Shown one piece after another: positions 45,301-54,300 of a DNA stretch of 64,000 nt. Source of the stretch: Candidatus Omnitrophota bacterium (GTDB lineage: Bacteria; Omnitrophota; Omnitrophia; Omnitrophales; JACQLI01); contig JACPCP010000018.1 in NCBI GenBank assembly GCA_016179745.1, positions 9,258 through 73,257 of the forward strand. Direction: 5' to 3'. The position numbers were made by a program, and so were the translations under genes. The notes beneath the pieces were generated by a model, which saw only the letters and a program-made list of their open reading frames with translations, had not been told where the DNA came from and did not search any database. Within the stretch, counting starts at the first letter, position 1. Each line of letters begins with the position of its first letter.

Positions 45301-48300
45301 CGTCTCCGGTTAAGCTCCTCGGCGATCTCCCTCAGACCCTTAAGAGTTTCATCGGTGCCGTCGAGTTCCTCTTCAATATTCAAATAGAGACGATAAAGGA
45401 ACGCACCAAACGCCGCACGTTCTTTACGAGTTCCTGAGTCTACCCGTTTGCCGGAGAGCGTTTCTTGGATACCTCTCATTTCCTGAATAATCTTTGCAAG
45501 CTTGAGCCGCTTTCTCCAGTCCTCTTTCTCTTCTTCGAGGAGGTCGCTTTCAATTCGGTCCGCCAACTTTTTTAGATCATCTATTGCGAATTTTTCCTTT
45601 CTCTGAATTGTGGCAAAAGCCGGACCCCCCTTCTCAAGGACCAACACACGGAAATAGCGTTGGATATCGCGCAGGATTTCGTTTGGCTTCCTCTGCCGCA
45701 CCTCGGAGCGGGGGGGAGATTCGAGTGTTTCGGCCTGATCGAGGATCTCTTTGATGGGCTGGGCGAGGGAGGGCTGGGAGCGTGCAAGCCGATCGGACAA
45801 AAACGGGATATAAAGCCAGAAGACTTTCCTCTCGGCTCTGAATTTAGCAAGATGGGTTCGGATTTCATTTACCTGACCGAGAAACTTTTCTTTCTCTTTG
45901 AACTTGGAGGCGCCTCGAAGGCGTTCTTCGATCAGGGCCTCAAGCATTGACTCAAATTCGATTTCGGCCTCGGTCCACTTTTCATAATCCACGGCCTCTT
46001 GGACAATCGAATCGGCTTCGAAGCCGCTTAGAGAGAGTTTTTGGTGAGTTTTGACATAGAGCTGACGCAGGGTCTCCAAATCAGTGCGGCTTGCCGCGAG
46101 GGCGTTAACGGCTTCACGGTTCAACTGTTGAATGAATTCAAATTTTTGGATCACCCGCTTTTCCCAATCGGTGTATTGTCTCCCCGAGCGAGCAAACCGG
46201 ATCGCCAAAGGTCCCTCTGTGTAGCTTTCCGAATCGTCGCGCCAGCGTTCGATCGTGATTGGAACGAGGGTTCGTTCTCGAGGGTCATAAGGCCCCGTTG
46301 CGCTCAGGAAGATATCAATGAACTTGTCAAACTCATCCTGAGGATGGGCTGTGCTCTTGACCTCCTCCAAAAGTTCGCTGAGATACCCAAAGAAATCAGT
46401 GATTGCTTGGATTTTTACTGAAGGCGGGGGAATCAAGATAGGGACCTCCTGCTCAGCGGGGGAAACCGGGGAGGCTGGTTCCGGCGGTAAAGGTGCCACG
46501 GTTTGGTTGATGATCCAGGGACTGGGAAGCCTTTTGGGTCGGCGGAAGAGGCGGGCCACGGGGACGGTCAGCGCTGTGAAAAGTTCGAGAAGAATAAAGC
46601 CGGCGAATCCTGCAAGCAAAAGAACCCCGTTTCTGAGAAAACTCATGAGCGCAAAGGGATCCCCATAGCGGCTTGTCTCGAGCATCATGACCACTTCGCC
46701 CTGAGGGGGTTGCGTAATCTCTGAGGATTTACCCTGAGGAATCTGCGTAATCGCCGGGGCTCCAGCGTCATGAAGTGAGGTCTCTTTAGGTTCGCCTCCA
46801 GGCGTTTCAACTCCGCTTCCTGGTTGACCCCGGCCCGAATGATCAGGCGGCATTGAATCTCCGGCCTTCTCCCGCAGCTCCCTCGCCGTATCCAACATCC
46901 ATTCCGGCGTTCCCTCTCCTTCAGTGAGCATCTGATTTATCTCTTCTTCAAGCTTGTTAACCGCGTCTTCGATTATCTTAATAAGCTCAGTAAGAGAAAT
47001 CACAATCTCAACTTTCCTTTCCGTAGATGTCCGCTCGCGAAGCTCGCGAAGCTGGCGAAGCTGGTCAGGTTCCCGCTTAGGGCGTCGCACGACTTCCCTC
47101 TTGGGTAGTTTTTTCATGAGCTCTTCCAGGCGATTTAGCTTTTCTCTAAGCTGGTCCAGCTGTTTTAATAACCGATCGATCGTGTTATCGTCCAAATCGA
47201 GAATCTTTAGCTCCTCCAGCACACTGTCCAGCACGTCGTCCATCCCTTCTAGGTTCCACAACGCACCGATGGCGGGGTACAACTTCGAGCGCAATTCCAA
47301 GATGCGCCGTTGTAACTCCTTCATCTCCCGGAAAAGCCGTTCCTCCTGGGACTCGGCGGGCCGTTTTTCTCCCAAAATATCAAGCTGAGAATATTTAGGC
47401 GCGCCTTCTGCACCGGAGGGAGCATCGGAGGGATTGGGGGCTGTTACCTGAGATAGCATCTTTTGAATTTCATCAAACGGATTCTTGGGGGGAGTATCTG
47501 GAAAACGAATAAAGGGACCGTCAGGTCCTTTCAAATCCAGTTTTTTCCGCTGAAACACAGGCCAATCAACCTTTTTGCCGGATTGGTAGATAGGCCTTAA
47601 TGCAGGCTCAAGTAGAGTTAACAGCTCCTGGGCTTCCCGGAGGAGGGCACGGATATTTTCTTCCCCCCAAGAGCGTTCTCTATTTTCATAACTTTCTTTT
47701 AGGCTCGCCATGATCCGATCCAGCTCTTTCGCAAGTGGGACGAGGCGGCTGCGGTCGTTCGATGGAATCCAGGGGAAGAAACGAGACAACCTATGTGCCA
47801 CATCCTTCGCAAACGCGAGGACTACTTCCGGGCTCGCCTCAGGTTCTTCCGGTGTTAGCGGGGGAGGCTCCTCTATGCGTTTCTCACCCGGCCAGTCACC
47901 TCCGGGCAGCACCTCCGGCGTTTGATCCGGCGGTTTCAGGGTGCTGACTGGCTGCGGCTCCTCTTTGGATTGGGAAGACGGGGGCGCGACACGTGTTCCG
48001 GAGGCCCCTTTTCCTGCCGACGCTTGTGCTCTAGACGTCAGGTCTTTGCGAGCTTGGGGCGCCGGTTGGTGCGGCTCTGATTTTTCCGGGGCCGTTCCCT
48101 CAATAGCCGGGGGCTTTTGGACCTTTTCCTGCTTAAGGTGTCTCGTGGCTAACCGGAGGTCCCGGCGGGAGGTAATCTTGCCTTCTTGCACTTGGCGGAG
48201 AAGCGATTTTTTTTCCTCTTTCGTGGTTTTTTTCGCTTCTTGGATTTTGTTTTCCAGTTGTTGGAGCTTACGGAGGTACCGGTGCATCTGGTGGGCTGCT

Positions 48301-51300
48301 TTCCGGATGGCGGAATCCGGGTCATTGAGCAGAACCTCGATGTCTTTCGGTTCCCTAGCGTTGGCAACCTGGTTAAACTTATCCTGGTGAGTCTCTTCCG
48401 GCGAACCTCGGACGGGATTCAAAGAACTTCCCAGAATAAGAGCAGCAAGGCCGACGCCGACCACTTTTTGCCAAACCGAAGGGCCCGAGATCGCCTTGCC
48501 CCCGCCCAAAAATCGGTCCGGGCCTTGCAATGACGAGGGTTGTTCCATGGCCATCTCAGTGCCGGCAGGGGAACCGGAAATCGCCGTATTATGCGCAAAA
48601 ATGCCGTTGCCGATGAAGTTGTGGGTGCCCTGGACTTCGATATCGTAGACATGCTCCAAGCCCACATAGTCGATCGAGACAATCCGGTCCCAGAGGAGAT
48701 CAGAAGCCGGGTTGGAAAAGGGGATAGGCAACACTACTCCCAACGTTGCGTTGCCTGTTCCCTTTTCCTGCGGAGCGGCTTGGGCGTAGGCAGAAGGGAG
48801 GCTGAGTAGTCCTCTCCAGGCAGTTGTGGTATACTTTGCCGCATGAAACGACGAAACGGTTTCAACCGCATTGTAATTGATCCGGCCGTTCGCTTCGGGA
48901 AGCCTTGTATCAAGGGGACCCGAATTACGGTTGGAGACGTCTTGAATCTCCTGGCGGCGGGCTACACGGTGGACGAAATCCCCGAGCAGTATCCTGGGGT
49001 CACCAAGCAGGACGTTTCCCAGGCGATCGAATTTGCGAGTGATCTGGCTGAGCATCCCGCCAAAGTAACAAACCTCACATAGCGCGTCTCTTTCTCTGTG
49101 AAGATTCTTGCCGACCACTGTGTCCACACCGATGTGGTTCTGGCTTTGAGAGAGGCGGGGTTCGAGGTCATCCGCGTCTTTGAAAAGGGCATGGCCGGCG
49201 CCCCCGATAAGGATATTTATGAATACGCCCAGCGGCATTCCATGGCCGTCCTCAGCTACGACTTCGACTTTGGAAATGTGGCCCGATTCGATATCCTCCG
49301 TTCGCACGGGGTTGTCCTGGTCTATGTTGAAAGGATGACGAGATCCAAGATTATCGAGCGCACGGTCGGTTTCTTTGAAGAGAACCGCCGGCGGAATCTC
49401 TCCGGAAAACTCCATCTGATTGAGCCGCACGGGACCGGCACCTGGCCGGGGTAAACCCGCCGGCACCCCGATCTCATTGCCGACCCTTAACTCCTTCACC
49501 TTGATCCAGGCCCCAACATTTCTCGACAAGCCCGGAGTCAGGTGATACACTTTTTCCAGTGACGGAAAGGAATTACGCATGAGGAAGAACGGGAACAAAG
49601 CACGCAGCCTTAGAAAAACAAAACCGCTGGTCCCCACAAAGCCTGACGTTGGCCACTTCTCAAAATTTGCCTCCCGGGCGGGAGGAATTTCCTTGCCGGA
49701 CAGGTTCCGGGCCGCCGTCGCCTTTGATTCGGAGAAAAGACCCCGTTGGTTTCTCTTCGATATGTTTGCTTTTTGGGAGCTCCTTTGCCGGATTGATAAC
49801 GTACTCTCCAAAACTTTGTCTGACAAAGAGTACTGTTCAACAAATCCCGTCGGTGGCCTCATTGACGAGATCGAAGGCCGCTGGCCGCTCAAAGAGGAGT
49901 CCAAGTCGGCCGTCCGCCGCGAATACGAACGGGCACTGCGGGACATAGCCGCTGGCCGATTCTCCCGTCTCACTGTGTGATCTATCAGTTTATCTTGACT
50001 CGCCAGGCGGAGGAGGACCTGGCGAGATTTCCCGATTCCCTGTCGCACCCGATTAGAAAAAAGCTTGCTTATTTTCTCTCGGCCTCCGACCCCATGAAAT
50101 TTGCCAAGCTCCTTGTGAACCTGCCCCCTGCGACCCACCGGTTCCGCTTTGGAGACATTCGGATGAAGTTTTTCCGGGACAAGAATATTTTCTACATCAC
50201 GGGAATTGACCACCGAGGTAAAGTCTACCGATAGCGGCACCCCGATCTCATCGCCAACCCTCAACTCCTTCACCTTGATCCAGTTTCCTTCTTTTGCCTT
50301 TTGACTTTTGCCTTTTTCCGCCACACTGCGTGACGGATCCGCCAAGCTGTGTGGCGGAGACTTGACGAGATACGGATGATTCGCCGTGGTCTTGATCGAT
50401 CTCCCGGAGGCGGTCGTCAAGCGGTAGACAGGCTTCACTCCCATATCAAGCAGGGCATTAATTCTCCGTGGCTCAATCTTCCCGGTTTCTTCATTTAAGG
50501 AAAGAACCCGGTCTCCGGGCCTGACTTCGGTAATGGGGATTTCTTCAAGCCTTTCGTTATCCTGACGTCCCCGACGCGTGTCATCCTGAGTCCCGCGAAG
50601 CGGGGCGAAGGATCTCAAACCCTGAGATTCTTCGCCCGCCAAAAGGCGTGGCGGGCTCAGAATGACGGGGTTGGTGTTGCGTATCACCGGCAGTCTCGTA
50701 TCCCCCGTGACGCAAAGGCCTTCCGGATCCTCGGAGCTTCTCACCTCGGTTCTCTGAAGCTCTTCGAGCGAAGCAGACCGCGCCTCGGAGCGGCGGCGCG
50801 CAATTTCTTCACCGAATATCCGGCCAATCTCTTTTTCTATCAGACCGGGCAAGCTGACATTTGCAGGGACCCCGTTGCGAAGGAAAGGATGACCGTAGAA
50901 GCTGCCTCCGAGCGGGACGGCCTCAATCCGATCGTAGTCATCCGTGCCTCGCACACGCCTGATGGCGAAATTACGTATACGGGTGTCTGGCTCGGCTTCA
51001 TAGGCTTGCAGCATCAACAGTTCTATTTTTGTTGGGTCTCCTACGATTGCCTGGGCAATCTCCAGAGCCAATTTTTGCAGTTCAGTTTTCTGGGGTTGAG
51101 TGGCGGGCTCTTCTTTGAAGAAAACCCACCCTTCGAAGATGCGGGTAATTAGGTTAGCGTCGACCGGAACCTCCTCTTCGCCTTCATCCTTTTTCAGAAC
51201 AACTTTTTCCTCGCCGGTTTTCACCCCGTTTAATTCTTCAAAAGCCTTGCGGAGCTGGCCGGCAAGTCCGGAATCCGTGACCGTGAATTTAAACCCGCCC

Positions 51301-54300
51301 TCTTCGTTCTTTTGAGACATTACGGCCCCGCTCTGATAGGCCAACAACACTTCTTGGGCCGCGAGGTCAAGGAGATGCCCCTCTGGATCGCTCACCTCCG
51401 GCCGTTTTCCTCTCAGGAATTTCAAAAATGGGATAACCGGATCGACTTGGGCGCGCTGCAGAGTTCCGGCTGAAGGGGCCGGAGGAATGTCGGGTGCTTG
51501 GGTCGGGACCTTAAAGTCGGTTTTGATAATTTTGTGATAAAAACGGGGGCCCGTAGTGGATACGGTTGGCTTACTTAACGTGATATCCTGCCAATGTAAA
51601 TCAGAGACTTCAGCAGTCCTGGGGTTGACCTTCCATGTCACACGCACCGCAGGGACCGGCGTTTCCTGATAAGTAGCTTTGGATGGTACTTCGGTCAGGA
51701 ATGTGCTCCATAGCTTATCTGCAAGGGCTTTCAGAACATGATGACTTGAGCCCCAGAACGCCTTACTGAGGCGGAATAACTCATACACAGCCAAAGCCTC
51801 AGTTTCTTCTAATTGAATCTCGAGGCCATTCTTTTTCAGGGTCACCTTGCCGGTTCCGTCCACAGAAATAGTGCCCGGCACCTCTCTGAGGATCCCTTTC
51901 CCCAGCTCATCTTGCCCCTGGATTTCAAACGTAAGTAGATCGTCGCCAATTGTTACGCTGACATCCCTGCCACGGTACTTCATCGTAGTAGCGAACCCCC
52001 GCACCTCGGCGCGGAGCATGGACTTGGCATTTGCCTTTAAAAGTTGGGAATTTGCCGCTGTCATTATTGCCTCGGTAGATGGGGAAAACACTCTGTTCCC
52101 TTTTGTAATTTCGTAGACTACATGAACGCTTCCGGCATCCTGACCCTCATCATCTAGAGCGACGATAAACTGTCCGTCAAAGCGCCAATAGGTCCCCGAA
52201 TTGTCCTCGAGCAGATCTCCTTTTGTAAGGATCTGAAGGATACCTCTACCTGATTGCTGAGCTTCGGCCATCTCTGAATCAAACGCCACTGGGCGTTCTT
52301 TCCTCTCTTGCTTTATTAAAGCTTCTCTTCGTGCATCTCCGTTTCGATCCTCAAACCGGCTCCCCCGAAAACCCTTCTCATAAGTTTTCCCCAAAACCTC
52401 CTGCGTCTTCCGCACCTCGGCGCGGGCGGAGACGACGGGTTTTTCTGGAGAAAAGGGGACAGAGCCCCTTAATTGTTCAAGGACGGCGGAGGCGACGGCA
52501 CTTTCCGGAGACTGGTCCCGCAATTCCGCCCGGATCGATTCGGGAAGCGAGGCCGCAATGCCCCCGATTTTGGCCCGGAGTTCATTTCTAATCATCCCTT
52601 CCGGCGGAGACTTTGTTTCCGGGCTGGCCGATTTTTGAGTGACTTGCTCGATCGACTTCGCAAGAGCGCGGACTTCCGGCCGTCCCGCCAGGAGACCCGC
52701 CGGAACTCTCCCCGCAAGTTCCTCAAGCGTTTCTCGAACAGCGCCGGGTTTGGCCAGCACTTCAAATTCGGATCGTAGCGGGCGAGAAGGAAGGGCTCTG
52801 GTTCGGAGGAAATCCAGGATTTCGGCTCGGGGTCGTGAGGTTGGAAAAAGCGAAGCGCCGGCCAGGTGCATGAGGGCGGCGGGTTTTGGTTGAGGGGTTT
52901 CGCCCAAGAGGCGGGAGACGTTTTCGACCGTGAATTCTTTTCGGTCCGCCAATTGCCGGAGGCCGGAGACGAAGGAATTAAATTGGATTTGAAATTTTCC
53001 CCAGAGGGAATTGACGGCCTCCTCGGCGGAGCTCTCGAGGGCCTTTTCCAGCTCTTTTTGGATTTCCTCCCTCGATCTAGAGGCGCCGTCGGCGCCGAAT
53101 TTGCCGTGGTAAATTTTTAAAAGGAGATCAATGTAACGAGTGTATTCGCCGGCCTCACCGGTGCGGCCTTCGTCGGCGAGCTTGCGAATCACCTCGTCAC
53201 GCCAGAGTTTGAGATTCTGTTTGAAGTCCGGCTGATTGAGCCCTGCGACGAGTCGCTCCGTCGAATGTCTCACGAAGGCGTCGTAAAAGGTCGTCTTGAG
53301 ATATCGCTTGTAGGAAAGATCGCCTTTCATCACGGCCTCGTAACGCTCTTTTCCTTCGAGCGAACGGATCCTGGGCGTGACGACGGCGTAAGAATAGCCC
53401 GCTTCCTTCAAACTTTTCTCAAACCCTGTTGAGTGAAACCCTCCGGCAAGGACAATCGCTGTTTGGCTTTTCGTTTTCTTGAGAAGTTTTTCGAGATTTT
53501 CGTGAAACACCCGGTCCCTTTCGAGGACAATCCGGTAAAATTCAAGCGCCGGCCGGACCGCTTCCCGGTTAGAAGGATCACCCAGGAGTTCGAGGTAGGA
53601 ATCCGGGGCTTTTTGATAGGCGTCGAGCCGGTCTCGATCGAGTTCGAGACGGACGAGATCCTTGAGGAAGCGGAGTTTTTGGTATTTGAGGGCGAGCGAG
53701 CGCTCCTCCGGTGTTTTGATGAGGGACTGGTCAGCCTCTGAGAGAAAGGTCTTTAGCTCGTCAAAAAGTTTTGTGCCCCTGATCGTCGAAAGGGTTTCGA
53801 CTTGGCCGATCAAGGCTTGCATTTGGGGACTCAATTTGGGTTTGAGACCGAGGGGCCTTCCTGCCTCAACAAGATATTTCAGGAATTCGCCCAAATCCAT
53901 TTGATCGGTGACAAAGGCCTGAGTGCGCCGGTTAAATTCCATCTTGCCCTTCTTGTCGAGCTGGGCGAGGTGTCCTTTTCGGAAATCTTCCGCCAGTCTT
54001 CGGACCTCAATTTCCAACTGCTTTTTGGGCAGAGCGGAACCCTGCTTGAGGGAATGGAGAAGCTGGGCCAAGTGGGGATAGTTGATTTCAGAAGGTGCGG
54101 CGGCCTTCAAGGAGGAGGCCAGGTAATTCAGGAGCTCAAACAAATGGGAGCGTTCATCTCTAAAGGCCTCCACCTTTTCGTGAAAGGTATTCAGATCCGG
54201 CGAAAAAGCCTTCTTCCGTTCCCGATCCAGGCCTGCCTTGATCTCCGCCAATTGCTTGAGAAGTCCGTCTTGATTTTGTGCGGCCCTCAAGTAGGCGAGG

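Larger units (their letters stand above)
48588..50714 (-). other. Class-1 intein (Hint domain, 709 aa) with inserted cassettes
   Basis: Cys1 codon at 50712-50714 (EGL|CVTGDTRLPV). Block B TTANHPYLV. C-terminal blocks LLWDRIVSIDYVGLEHVYDIEVQGTHNFIGNGIFAHN|T, with Asn at 48588-48590 and Thr+1 at 48585-48587. Confidence 0.8.
30741..52532 (-). repeat. Array of 21 in-frame R-[SA]-E-[AVILM]-R sites in giant ORF 2
   Basis: The 15-nt sites start at plus-strand positions 30741, 31410, 32625, 33516, 35184, 35262, 35940, 36696, 38040, 38115, 38850, 38964, 41313, 41421, 43038, 44250, 45696, 50778, 51999, 52410 and 52518. Every one was verified to be codon-aligned with the ORF. Confidence 0.9.

Noticed and set aside
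5537-52532. Reading the recurring 15-mers (ccgc[g/a]c[t/c]tcgg[a/c]gcg) as a CRISPR-like or REP array.
   Set aside because: Spacing is irregular (about 0.1-3 kb), every copy is codon-aligned inside a giant ORF, and several copies keep the peptide while changing the codons. This is not a CRISPR array. A purely DNA-level REP explanation fits giant ORF 2 poorly.
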